This document shows positions 1 through 9,539 of a stretch of DNA of 64,000 nucleotides, piece after piece. Every line of letters begins with the position of its first letter. Positions within the stretch are counted from its first letter, which is position 1. Made by a program: the position numbers and the translations under genes. The notes under the pieces were generated by a model, which did not search any database, had not been told where the DNA came from, and was given only the letters and a program-made list of their open reading frames with translations. Source of the stretch: Candidatus Bathyarchaeia archaeon (GTDB taxonomy: Archaea > Thermoproteota > Bathyarchaeia > Bathyarchaeales > Bathycorpusculaceae); the NCBI GenBank assembly GCA_038882955.1, contig JAVZNC010000001.1, positions 256,001 to 320,000 on the forward strand, read 5' to 3'.

Positions 1-2
1 GT

Positions 3-719
3 GCTTTCGACGGGGATAAGGGACCAAACACTGGCGGGATGGGCTCATACAAGGACAAGGACGAAAAGTTGCCGTTTATGACAACAGCAGAGCGGAAAAG
101 AGAAATTGAAACTGTAAAAAGGATTTTTGAAGGATGGAAGGTGAAGGATAAAACGGCTTTGAGGGGAATACCATTCTACGTTGCTTTCATGCACACCGGC
201 AAAGGCTTGAAGATTCTCGAAAACAACAGCAGACCAGGAGACCCAGAAATAATCAACATCATGCCGATAATTAAAGAGGATTTCGTGGACGTCTGCCTCA
301 AAATTTTGGACGGCAACCTAACAAGCGTCGCGCTGGATGAAGCTGCAACAGTTGTCACCTACAAGGTTCCGCCAAACTACGGCGGCTACGCGGACGCATT
401 TCCAAAAAATGTAAAAAAGGATGAAATTGACACGCCCGTTGACTTAACAGAAGCGTATAGGCTAAGAGAAAAGTATGGGGAGCAAATCCGCATTTATCCA
501 GCCTCTGTGGAACTTCGTGGAGGCAAAATTTACGCTCTTAAATCTAGGGCTGTTGCCGTTGTTGGCATAGGCGAAAACATTGAAGAGGCTAGGAAAATTT
601 CAATAGAGGGAATTAATGCGATAAAGGGCGGAGCGCTTTGGCATAGAAGAGACATAGCCTCAAAAGAGCATATTGGAAAAAGTGTTAGGCATATGGAGGA
701 GTTGAGGAGCAAACGGTGA
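3..719 (+). CDS. purD: Phosphoribosylamine-glycine ligase, C-terminal part (5' truncated by window edge)
   Basis: Frame is open from nt 3: AFDGDKGPNTGGMG signature, then E-N-x-RPGDPE and C-terminal RRDIA; lies beside other pur genes. Confidence 0.92.
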   Translation, partial: AFDGDKGPNTGGMGSYKDKDEKLPFMTTAERKREIETVKRIFEGWKVKDKTALRGIPFYVAFMHTGKGLKILENNSRPGDPEIINIMPIIKEDFVDVCLKILDGNLTSVALDEAATVVTYKVPPNYGGYADAFPKNVKKDEIDTPVDLTEAYRLREKYGEQIRIYPASVELRGGKIYALKSRAVAVVGIGENIEEARKISIEGINAIKGGALWHRRDIASKEHIGKSVRHMEELRSKR

Positions 720-1789
720 AAAGAGTTTTTGTGTCTGACTGCGAAGGACCCATATCAAAAAATGATAATGCTTTTGAAATAACAGCCCATTACGTGCCAA
801 ACGGAGAACACTTTTTTACTGTTATAAGCCGTTATGACGACGTTTTGGCATACGTCTTGAAAAGGAGAGGCTACAAGGCTGGAGACACTTTAAAGCTTAT
901 TTTGCCATTCCTTAGGGCTTACGGCGTAACGGATAGGAAAATGCACGAATTTTCAGCAAGAAGTTTAGTTTTAATTCCAAAAGCAAGAGAAATGCTACGC
1001 CATGCAAGAGGGCTAGCCCACGCTTTCATCGTGAGCACAAGCTACGAGCATTACGTAAGGGCGCTGTGCAAAGCCGTTGAATTTCCGTTCAGAAACACAT
1101 ATTGTACAAGGCTGAAAATCAGCAAATACCACATAGTAAAGAATGAGAAAAAGCGGCTTATAGAGTTGGCAAAGGAAATCGCACAGATGCCAATAATCGA
1201 GATTCCAGAATACGCCAAATCGCTGGAAGATTTCCCAATGGAACATCGCGAAACTGTTTTGCGTTTGGATGAAATCTTTTGGAAAGAAATAGCGCGTATG
1301 GAGTCTGGAAGATTTCTTCACGAGGTTAATCCAGTTGGCGGCGTGGAGAAAGCAGAAGCAATAAGAGATGCTGTGAAAAGGGTTGGCGCGAGATTGTCAG
1401 ATGTAATGTATGTGGGCGACAGCATAACAGACATGGAAGCCTTCAAACTTGTGAAAGAAAATGGCGGTTTAACCATTTCATTTAACGGCAACAGGTACGC
1501 CGTGGAAAACGCTGAAATTGCAATTCTATCCAACCACTGTACGCCAACAGCAATAATCGCCGAATTATTCACTCGCTTCGGAAAGGAACAAACGTTAAAA
1601 ATTGTGGAGCATTGGAGTTTCGAATCCTTGAAACAAGCAGGAATAAGTTCAACCCTAATCGAAAACCTCCTAAAGCTTGATTTGCCCAAAGTTAAAATAA
1701 TGACAGAAGAAAATATTGAGGCTCTAGCGAGAGAAAGCAGCCAATTTAGGAAAAAAGTTAGGGGAGAAGCCATAGGAAGGTTGGGTTAG
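716..1789 (+). CDS. HAD-superfamily hydrolase (EhaR/COG4030-like)
   Basis: DCEGP motif I variant, STSY motif II, VGDSITD motif IV; overlaps purD stop (GTGA). Confidence 0.75.
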   Translation: MKRVFVSDCEGPISKNDNAFEITAHYVPNGEHFFTVISRYDDVLAYVLKRRGYKAGDTLKLILPFLRAYGVTDRKMHEFSARSLVLIPKAREMLRHARGLAHAFIVSTSYEHYVRALCKAVEFPFRNTYCTRLKISKYHIVKNEKKRLIELAKEIAQMPIIEIPEYAKSLEDFPMEHRETVLRLDEIFWKEIARMESGRFLHEVNPVGGVEKAEAIRDAVKRVGARLSDVMYVGDSITDMEAFKLVKENGGLTISFNGNRYAVENAEIAILSNHCTPTAIIAELFTRFGKEQTLKIVEHWSFESLKQAGISSTLIENLLKLDLPKVKIMTEENIEALARESSQFRKKVRGEAIGRLG

Positions 1790-1792
1790 AAA

Positions 1793-2704
1793 ATGACTGT
1801 AAAAACTAAAATTGAAGATACGTATGCAGAGGCTTTCGCGGGTATATACACAAGATTAATCGTCACGGCGGATGATGCGGAAATACTGCGGAAGGCAGCG
1901 GAAGACGCAACTGCGACACCGTCCATTGTTATTGGGCGGGTTGAGGGCGGAATAGAAAAGTGGCTAAACGAAAAAGAAACGCCAGACAAACGCAAAGGAG
2001 CGCTACTTCAGTTTTGGGGCGGAATAGACCCTAAAAAGCCCTTTTCAGACTCCCTAAAGAAGTTTGAAGTTGAGCTTTCCTATAGAATTAGGCAGGACAT
2101 CCTCGTTAAGCCATTCACCGCAATTTTTGACGCAACGCCGAACGCAGAAGGAAAAATCGACATGATGGAACGCGTCGGACACTGCGGAGACGGATATGAA
2201 TGGGTTGAGAAGCGTTATGGACGTGAAGTAATAGTTGTGCCAATAATGGTTCCAGACTTCATAATTGAACGCCAAATTGGATACGCCAAAGGTGTCATGG
2301 GAGCAAACTTCTGGATAATGTGCAAAACAAAAGAGGCGCTAAAGGAGGCTTCTGAAAAGGCTTTAGAAGCAATAAGCACTGTGGAAGGCGTTATAACGCC
2401 ATTCGACGTTTGTTCTGCTGGCTCAAAACCAGAGACGCGTTTTCCATGGATAGGACCAACAACAAACCATCCTTACTGCCCATCACTAAAAGAAAAAATT
2501 GGAAGAGAATCGAAAGTGCCGGAAGGCGTCAACTACATTCCAGAAATAGTGATTAACGGCATAATGATGGAGGCTGTTAAAAAGGCGATGAAGGCTGGAA
2601 TAGAAGCGGTTCTTAACGTTGATGGTGTTGTTAAGGTTTCGGCTGGAAATTATGGCGGAAAGCTTGGCGAATACAAGATTTATTTGCGTGAGTTGTTTAA
2701 ATGA
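1793..2704 (+). CDS. ftr: Formylmethanofuran:tetrahydromethanopterin formyltransferase-like protein
   Basis: [10 protein letters not shown]-terminus, ETPD, GDGY, GSK, TNHPYCP and [11 protein letters not shown]-terminal motifs; several positions differ from canonical Ftr. Confidence 0.85.
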   Translation: MTVKTKIEDTYAEAFAGIYTRLIVTADDAEILRKAAEDATATPSIVIGRVEGGIEKWLNEKETPDKRKGALLQFWGGIDPKKPFSDSLKKFEVELSYRIRQDILVKPFTAIFDATPNAEGKIDMMERVGHCGDGYEWVEKRYGREVIVVPIMVPDFIIERQIGYAKGVMGANFWIMCKTKEALKEASEKALEAISTVEGVITPFDVCSAGSKPETRFPWIGPTTNHPYCPSLKEKIGRESKVPEGVNYIPEIVINGIMMEAVKKAMKAGIEAVLNVDGVVKVSAGNYGGKLGEYKIYLRELFK

Positions 2705-3615
2705 GTCGCTTTGACGTTGTGGGCTTCGGAGCCCTAAACGTTGACAAACTTTTCAGAGTCAACAAAATAGCTGGTGCAGAAGAAGAAGGCTTCATAAAAG
2801 ACTGCGAAGAAACATGCGGAGGCTCAGCAGCAAACACTATTGTTGGTTTGGCGAGACTTGGATGCAAAACTGGCTTTGTCGGAAAAGTTGCTGACGATAG
2901 GGAGGGTAGAATGCTAATCGAAGACTTTCATAGAGAAGGCGTGGATACGAACGGTATAATACATGCGAAAGGTGGAAGAAGCGGGGCAGTGATGGGATTC
3001 GTCGACGAAAAGGGCGAAAGAGCCTTATACGTTGACCCAGGCGTGAACGACACAATAGAGTTTAGCGAAGTAAACAAGGAATACGCGTTCAACACACAAT
3101 TCTTGCATTTAACATCCTTTGTCGGCAAAAAATCCTTCCAAACCCAAAAAAGGCTAACCGAAATCTTGCCAGAAAACATTAAAGTGAGCTTCGACCCTGG
3201 AGAACTCTATGCAAGAAAAGGTTTAGTCGCGCTCGAACCGATAATAAGACGAACCTTTGTTTTGATGCCGAACCAGAGAGAAATCGAACTCTTAACTAAG
3301 GCGAAAGATTACAAAAAAGGCGCTGAAATTCTGTTGGAGAAAGGCGTTAAAATAGTTGCTGTTAAGCTTGGCAGCAACGGTTGCTATGTAACTGATGGAA
3401 AAGAAAATCACCATGTAGACAGATTTAACGTTAAGGTTGTGGACACAACTGGTGCTGGAGACGCTTTCTGCGCGGGGTTCCTATACGGCTTGATTAATGG
3501 AAAAAGCCTATACGAGTGCGGAAGACTCGGCAATTTTGTGGCTTCAAGATGCATAATAAAAATGGGCGCAAGAACGGGGCTTCCACGCGTTAAGGATTTA
3601 GAAGTTCTTGGTTAG
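2701..3615 (+). CDS. PfkB/ribokinase-family carbohydrate or nucleoside kinase
   Basis: GGSAAN and DTTGAGDAF PfkB signatures. Confidence 0.9.
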   Translation: MSRFDVVGFGALNVDKLFRVNKIAGAEEEGFIKDCEETCGGSAANTIVGLARLGCKTGFVGKVADDREGRMLIEDFHREGVDTNGIIHAKGGRSGAVMGFVDEKGERALYVDPGVNDTIEFSEVNKEYAFNTQFLHLTSFVGKKSFQTQKRLTEILPENIKVSFDPGELYARKGLVALEPIIRRTFVLMPNQREIELLTKAKDYKKGAEILLEKGVKIVAVKLGSNGCYVTDGKENHHVDRFNVKVVDTTGAGDAFCAGFLYGLINGKSLYECGRLGNFVASRCIIKMGARTGLPRVKDLEVLG

Positions 3616-4416
3616 GTATTCAATTAAGCCTTCAAAGATTAGTTTTCCATCGCCATATTGCGGCATCTGCCTTTGCCTAGTCCAGTCTGGATGCTGCCAC
3701 CAGTAGAAGGCTCTTTCTGGGTGCGGCATCAAACCAAATATTGTTCCTTCCGGGTTGCATATCCCAGCAATATCGTGAAAAGAGCCGTTTGGGTTTGTTG
3801 GAAAACGTCCATCAGCATATTCGCCGCCTTCGTCGCAGTAGCGGAAAACAAGTTGGTCATTCTCGCAAAGTTTCTCCAAGAAACGCTTCTCTTTTTCTTT
3901 CGGGAATAGGAAACGCCCTTCAGAATGTGCAACTGGCATACGCAAGACTTTGCCATGTGGAATTTTTTGCGTAAATATGCATTTGCCCTTTCCTTCGTGT
4001 TTAAGGTAAATCCACCGACAATTATAACCAGGCGGAAGGTTAGTTGCCAAAGAAGCCTCTGGGTATTGACTTATTCCATTAAAGCCTGGCAGCAATCCAG
4101 CCTCAACGAGGACTTGGAAGCCATTGCATATTCCCAAAATTGGACGATTTTCCTTAACAAACTCCCTTAACTCCCTATCGAGCTTTGCTATCAACCACTT
4201 AGCCCAAATGGCGCCAGCCCTCACATAATCACCATAAGAAAAACCACCGGGAAAAACCAACGCGTGATAATCGAGTAGACTTTTGCGCTTTATAACTTCG
4301 TTCGCGTGAACCACTTCGGCTCTAACGCCTAAATCTTCAAAGGCTCTTTTGGTTTCAGCGTCGCAGTTTGTTCCGCCAACACGTAAAACGCAAACGCGAA
4401 TCTTTTCCCTTTTCAT
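3598..4416 (-). CDS. purQ: FGAM synthase glutaminase subunit PurQ
   Basis: GTNCD, PGGFSYGD, GICNGFQ, MPHPER; start placed at ATG 4416, just after the purL stop. Confidence 0.95.
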   Translation of the reverse strand: MKREKIRVCVLRVGGTNCDAETKRAFEDLGVRAEVVHANEVIKRKSLLDYHALVFPGGFSYGDYVRAGAIWAKWLIAKLDRELREFVKENRPILGICNGFQVLVEAGLLPGFNGISQYPEASLATNLPPGYNCRWIYLKHEGKGKCIFTQKIPHGKVLRMPVAHSEGRFLFPKEKEKRFLEKLCENDQLVFRYCDEGGEYADGRFPTNPNGSFHDIAGICNPEGTIFGLMPHPERAFYWWQHPDWTRQRQMPQYGDGKLIFEGLIEYLTKNF

Positions 4417-4417
4417 T

Positions 4418-6799
4418 TTAGGCACCACTGCTCAGCGGGCTTTTCCAGCTTGCCAACAAATCCTTAAGCGACGCATCAACAACGACATCGCCGTCCAAAC
4501 CATAAATGCACAGTCGCGGAGTCTTTGTGACCTTGCCGATTTCCGCAAAAACTTTTCCATGCATAAGCTTTTCAAATTCCTTTTTAGCTTCTTGCGAAAC
4601 CTCAACCAAGAAGCGACTGTTAGACTCCGAAAAAAGTATGAAATCATTACGGCTGATACCTTCAACTGGAACTTTACGCAAATGCAACTCCATTCCATAA
4701 CCGCCTGAAAAAGCCATCTCCACAGCTGCAACAGCCAAACCGCCCTCTGAAAGGTCATGACAAGACCTTATCAATCCCAAATCAATAGCCCTAGAAATCG
4801 CTCTGAAAGTCTTTCTGGCTTGAGAAGCCCTAACCTTCGGCACGTTTTTCCCAGTGAAGCCTTTAAGCCTATAATATTCCGAACCGCCCAACTCCCTGAA
4901 GGTTCTGCCAACAATGTAGATTACGTTGTTAGGCTCCTTAACATCCATCGAAACTGCAAGACGTATGTCAGGAATAATACCCAAAGCAGTTATCAAAAGC
5001 GTAGGCGTTACAGGTCCAAGAGGTGACTCGTTATAGAGGCTGTCCTTTCCAGAAATAAAAGGCGTTCTAAAAGCCTTGGCAAAATCGTAACACGCCTCAC
5101 AAGCCCTAACGAGGCTGCCAAGCCTTTCGGGTTTTTCTGGGCTCCCCCAGGTGAAATTGTCAAGCAACGCTATGCGCCTTCCGCCAACAGCAACATTATT
5201 TCTTACTGCTTCGTCTATCGCTGAGGCTGCCATCCAATAAGTGTCAATCTTACCATAATTCGGATTCATCCCACATGAAATTACCAAACCCTTCCAAGAA
5301 TTTTCCAAAGGTTTTATTATCGAAGCATCACTTGGTCCGCCATACTTGCCATGCAACGGCTTAAGCACAGTATTTCCTTTCACTTCATGGTCATAAGTTC
5401 GGATTACGCTTTCTTTGCTTGCAATGTTGGGCGAGGACAAAAGTTGTAGAAGTGTTTCTGTTAGGCCCTTTGGTTCTGGAAATTTTGGCTCTTCGCCTTC
5501 TATGGGCTTGTATTCAGCGGTTCGCACAACCATCGGCGGCTCGAATAGGAATGGAATGTCTATTTCAGCCACTTTCTTGCCTTTATAATAAATTCGTAAA
5601 ATCTTGTCATCAGTGTATTTCCCAATAGCCGTAGCTTCAACATCCTCGCTTCCGAAAATCTCCATAACCTTTTCAAGGTTCTCAGGAGGAACAATCAAAA
5701 GCATTCTTTCCTGCGACTCAGAAATGTAGATTTCCCAAGGTGCCAAACCTGCATACTTAAGCGGAACCTTATCAAGCTCGACAACTGCTCCGCAGCCAAA
5801 CCTCTTCGCGGTTTCGCCAACAGCAGAAGATAAGCCGCCACCGCCCAAATCCGTTATTGCAGAGGCAAGCTCAAAATCCCTTATTTGAATTATAGCCCTC
5901 TTAAGCTTCTCCTCTTCAATTGGATTTGCAATTTGAACCGCTGGTCTAGAAATTTCCTCGGACTTCTCAGTTAACTCAGTAGAAGCAAAAGTGACACCGT
6001 GAATACCGTCGCGACCAGTTTTGCCGCCAGCCAAAACAATAATGTCGTTAGGCTTGGCATTCCGCTTAAACTTCCTCAGCGGAAGCAAACCGACGCATCC
6101 ACAATAGACAACGACGTTTCCAACGTAACTCTCATCAAAGTAAATAGCCCCGTTAACCGTGGGAATACCCATGTTATTCCCATAACATCCGATACCAGCA
6201 ACAACACCCAAATACACATATTTTGGATGCTTAACCCCTTGAGGAAGCCGCCTATAATCAAAATCTAGTGGACCAAAGCCTAATACATCAGTGCATGCAA
6301 TTGGGTCAGCCCAAACACCCAAAATATCGCGGATTACACCGCCAACACCAGTGGCGGCGCCACCAAAAGGCTCAATAGCAGAGGGGTGGTTATGTGTTTC
6401 AACTTTTACGGCTATGCCGTAGCCCTTGTCAAAATGGACTATGCCCGCGTTATCCTCAAAGACGGAAAAACACCAGCGCGGCTTTAATTCTTCAGTGGCT
6501 TTCGCAATGTATGTTTTAAAGAGACTGTTGATTTCTTTCCCGTTGAATATTATTTTACCCTTAAAAGTTTTGTGAAAACAATGTTCAGACCATGTTTGCC
6601 CTATGGTTTGAAGCTCAACATCCGTCGGGTTCCGTCCCTTACGCCTAAAATATTCCTGAACTGTTCGCATCTCCTGCAGATTTAATCCTATTCCAAGCTC
6701 TTGGCTTATGCTTAAAAGCTGCTGGTCGCTAGCCTCAAGAATATTTATTTCAAAAAGTGAAAAGGCTGTTTCTCTGCGAATATAGAGATTCGCCTTCAT
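4418..6799 (-). CDS. purL: FGAM synthase synthetase subunit PurL
   Basis: WSEHCFHK, ETHNHPSA, DLGGGGL, SESQERM, SGKDSLYN, HDLSEGGL. Confidence 0.97.
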   Translation of the reverse strand: MKANLYIRRETAFSLFEINILEASDQQLLSISQELGIGLNLQEMRTVQEYFRRKGRNPTDVELQTIGQTWSEHCFHKTFKGKIIFNGKEINSLFKTYIAKATEELKPRWCFSVFEDNAGIVHFDKGYGIAVKVETHNHPSAIEPFGGAATGVGGVIRDILGVWADPIACTDVLGFGPLDFDYRRLPQGVKHPKYVYLGVVAGIGCYGNNMGIPTVNGAIYFDESYVGNVVVYCGCVGLLPLRKFKRNAKPNDIIVLAGGKTGRDGIHGVTFASTELTEKSEEISRPAVQIANPIEEEKLKRAIIQIRDFELASAITDLGGGGLSSAVGETAKRFGCGAVVELDKVPLKYAGLAPWEIYISESQERMLLIVPPENLEKVMEIFGSEDVEATAIGKYTDDKILRIYYKGKKVAEIDIPFLFEPPMVVRTAEYKPIEGEEPKFPEPKGLTETLLQLLSSPNIASKESVIRTYDHEVKGNTVLKPLHGKYGGPSDASIIKPLENSWKGLVISCGMNPNYGKIDTYWMAASAIDEAVRNNVAVGGRRIALLDNFTWGSPEKPERLGSLVRACEACYDFAKAFRTPFISGKDSLYNESPLGPVTPTLLITALGIIPDIRLAVSMDVKEPNNVIYIVGRTFRELGGSEYYRLKGFTGKNVPKVRASQARKTFRAISRAIDLGLIRSCHDLSEGGLAVAAVEMAFSGGYGMELHLRKVPVEGISRNDFILFSESNSRFLVEVSQEAKKEFEKLMHGKVFAEIGKVTKTPRLCIYGLDGDVVVDASLKDLLASWKSPLSSGA

Positions 6800-7047
6800 T
6801 TTTCCTCCTCAACATGAATTATGTAATTATCCTTTGTTGGATTCGCCAAAAGCCGCTTACACATCTCCTCTGCCCTTAACATAGCGTCTCGCTTCGAGTC
6901 AGCATCAAGAATTACAGTATAAACTTTGCTTACGCCTACGCTTCCAACGTTAAAGCCAAGCTCCCTTAACAAACGCGCTGTGGTTTCGCCTTCGGGGTCA
7001 CTGTGGCCAGGTTTTAGGCATACCTCGATTCTTAAACAGTATTTCAT
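6796..7047 (-). CDS. purS: FGAM synthase subunit PurS
   Basis: DPEG and LLANP motifs; overlaps purL start. Confidence 0.93.
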   Translation of the reverse strand: MKYCLRIEVCLKPGHSDPEGETTARLLRELGFNVGSVGVSKVYTVILDADSKRDAMLRAEEMCKRLLANPTKDNYIIHVEEEK

Positions 7048-7103
7048 AGGCTAACTTTCGAGGTTAAGGGATTTAAACACTTTTATCACGAGCAAAGCAA
7101 ATG

Positions 7104-8183
7104 TTACTTCAAGACTATCTTCTTACTCTTATAGTGAACTTTTATGCCGCCAGAACCCGTTATAAAACCAATTTGCTCGCTTTCAACACCAGCCCGCTCC
7201 AAGATGCCTATTGCCTTATCCAAGTCTGTTTTATCCACAATTATTGCGAAACCCCAACCCATGTTGAAGGTCTTGAACATTTCATCATCAGCTATTTTGC
7301 CGCCCAACACAACAGCAGTTTTCTGAATAAGCTCGAAAATCGGTTGAGGCTTAAAATTGGTAAACTCGAAACCTATACCTTTAGAAAACTTCTGCAGATT
7401 GCCAAATTTTAGGTAGGCGTCTCCCGTGATGTGAACAGCAGCCTTAACCCTAACATTTTCAGCAACCCTAAGTAAAGGCTTAACATAAATCTTCATTGGC
7501 TCCAAAACCTCGTAAACGATTTCCCTCTCGAAGCCATCAGGAACATCAAAGGGCTCATATTTTCCACCCCAACACTTAAAGAGAATTTTCCTCGCCAAAG
7601 TAACGCCATTGCTGTGAATGCCAGAACTGCGCATACCAACTATAGCGTCGCCAGGCTTTATGTCCCTGCCATAGATTATTTTATCATCAGCAACCTCGCC
7701 AACCGTCGCAACAACTAAATCAAAACCCTTACCCTCAACCAAACCCCTTATGACCTCAGCGACATCACCAATCTCACCACTAGGCACAACACACTCACTT
7801 TCCAAAGCGCCCCGAGTTATGCCCTTCAACAACTCACCAATCAACTCTGGGTCAGAAACCTGCGCATGAATATTATCCGCAATCGCCAAAGGCTTAGCAC
7901 CAGACCTTATGACGTCATTAACAGCCAATGCAACAGCATCAACCCCAATAGTATCATACTTCCCAGCCAACTGCGCAACAAGAACCTTCGAGCCAACACC
8001 CTCAACAACAAAATCCAAATAACGACCATCACCTATAGGAAAAATGTTCCCATAGGGAAGATGAACAACATTCCCATAACAACTAAACTTGTAAGTATCC
8101 CTCAAAAACCGCAGCATCCTCTTAGACCTAGCTCTAACCGCCCTATTAACACCAACCCTTGCGTAAGTAAACTCCCGAACCAT
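7104..8183 (-). CDS. purM: Phosphoribosylformylglycinamidine cyclo-ligase PurM
   Basis: TYARVGV N-terminus (start ATG 8183), EGVGSK, SSGIHSNG, HITG, TFNMGWG. Confidence 0.93.
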   Translation of the reverse strand: MVREFTYARVGVNRAVRARSKRMLRFLRDTYKFSCYGNVVHLPYGNIFPIGDGRYLDFVVEGVGSKVLVAQLAGKYDTIGVDAVALAVNDVIRSGAKPLAIADNIHAQVSDPELIGELLKGITRGALESECVVPSGEIGDVAEVIRGLVEGKGFDLVVATVGEVADDKIIYGRDIKPGDAIVGMRSSGIHSNGVTLARKILFKCWGGKYEPFDVPDGFEREIVYEVLEPMKIYVKPLLRVAENVRVKAAVHITGDAYLKFGNLQKFSKGIGFEFTNFKPQPIFELIQKTAVVLGGKIADDEMFKTFNMGWGFAIIVDKTDLDKAIGILERAGVESEQIGFITGSGGIKVHYKSKKIVLK

Positions 8184-8344
8184 CTTTAACAGTCCTCTCA
8201 AACGTAGATATATGAATAAACACTTGCAGTATATAGCAATTTCAACCCTAAACCAAAACCCTAGGCATAAAACAAGAGGGGGCAAGCGGAATCTATGGAG
8301 ACCGAAAGGAGAAGGGAGGAAAAACTTTGATGTCCCGCTTGCCC

Positions 8345-8749
8345 TTACCTCCATTGACTTAACTTAGAATGTTGCGGATCTTGCTCTGTAATATAAGTAG
8401 CTGCAACATGCGCATCGTTCTTTATTTCTTTTAATCGCAAAATGATATTTAACAAAACACGATATTGTTTTAGAAAGTTAATTCCTTCGGCACTGGTTTT
8501 ATAAAAAACGCGTCCGTTAACTATGTGAACTTCGATTAAACGCATTTTGATAAGAACACGTAAATACTGTTTTAATTGAGTATAGTTAATATTCGCGTAA
8601 TTAGCAATTGAAAATCTGGTCACGTACTTATCGCGGGCATCCTCAAGAATTAGGGATACTATTTCAAAATGGCTTCTATGTTTTTTACCGAAATTCACAT
8701 GCTTAGATGCCGCATCTTTGCAAGCGAACATTACCAAACGCCACACCAT
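8345..8749 (-). CDS. Winged helix-turn-helix protein (archaeal HTH_45-like)
   Basis: RSHFEIVSLIL...IANYANINY...YL..L...LI...FYKTSAEG pattern. Confidence 0.75.
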   Translation of the reverse strand: MVWRLVMFACKDAASKHVNFGKKHRSHFEIVSLILEDARDKYVTRFSIANYANINYTQLKQYLRVLIKMRLIEVHIVNGRVFYKTSAEGINFLKQYRVLLNIILRLKEIKNDAHVAATYITEQDPQHSKLSQWR

Positions 8750-8899
8750 ATAAATTTGCTTTTTTGAATAAATTACGGCTTTTTTCTGCAGATATAATTG
8801 AAAGACAGGCTGTTAAAATTGAAAGAATTGAAGAGAAACGAACAATTTAAGTAAGACGTATAACTAACTTTCAATTGAAATTATTGAAAGGGGTTAAAC

Positions 8900-9532
8900 T
8901 TGCAAGAACTATTAACACGCAATGAAATGAAATTTCTACAGGAAGTTTGTAACATGGATTTCAAGTCTGTTAGTGCCCGCTTAAGAGAAGGTGAGTACCA
9001 ATATGATCTAGCTAAAACAATAGCTTCCTTCCAGCTAGAACTTTACTTTCCAGACGTAAAAGACATAACGGCGAGGCTTTATGGTGAAGAGAAAGTTAAT
9101 GACATACGATTTATACGTAAGATTCAGACGATTCTAAAGAAAATGGAAAAAAGCGGCATTATTCAAATACTTCCAAAAGAAAGACCTTGGGACTTGCAAA
9201 GGTATGCAATTCTTAGCTATAAATTCCGAGATGCTGATAAAAGAGATGTTATTCTTGCATCAGATCAGCAAATAAAACAAGCCAAGGAGAAAATACATGA
9301 ACTGACCCAGCAAGAAAAAAGTGGATGGCATAAAAACGCTGTGCTGTTATTGATTCTAACAGCAATCATAAGCGGGTCTTACTTGTTAAGTATATGGGCT
9401 TTAACTCAACCAATAATAAATTTGCTGATCTTTATCCCAGCATTCTCTATAACAGTTGCTTTCTCAATGCTATTCGGAAAAGTGCTCTCTGAAAATTACA
9501 GTTTAAACAAATCTAACAATGGTTTGAGGTGA
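8900..9532 (+). CDS. Hypothetical protein: wHTH-like N-terminus plus two C-terminal TM helices
   Basis: KIQTILKKMEKSGIIQIL helix-wing pattern; two hydrophobic segments near the C-terminus; start may be ATG 8954. Confidence 0.6.
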   Translation: MQELLTRNEMKFLQEVCNMDFKSVSARLREGEYQYDLAKTIASFQLELYFPDVKDITARLYGEEKVNDIRFIRKIQTILKKMEKSGIIQILPKERPWDLQRYAILSYKFRDADKRDVILASDQQIKQAKEKIHELTQQEKSGWHKNAVLLLILTAIISGSYLLSIWALTQPIINLLIFIPAFSITVAFSMLFGKVLSENYSLNKSNNGLR

Positions 9533-9539
9533 ATTAGAA

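Noticed and set aside
7860-8200. Strong A/C skew and the plus-strand ORF 7866-8189
   Set aside because: Explained by G/T-rich Val/Gly codons of purM on the opposite strand; shadow ORF
8184-8354. 57-aa N-terminal extension of PurM in the ORF track
   Set aside because: Homology starts at ATG 8183; the upstream part covers a promoter-like region and the stem-loop
8797-8890. ATTGAAAG copies resembling CRISPR repeat 3' ends
   Set aside because: Irregular spacing, no full-length repeats or spacers, and no cas genes
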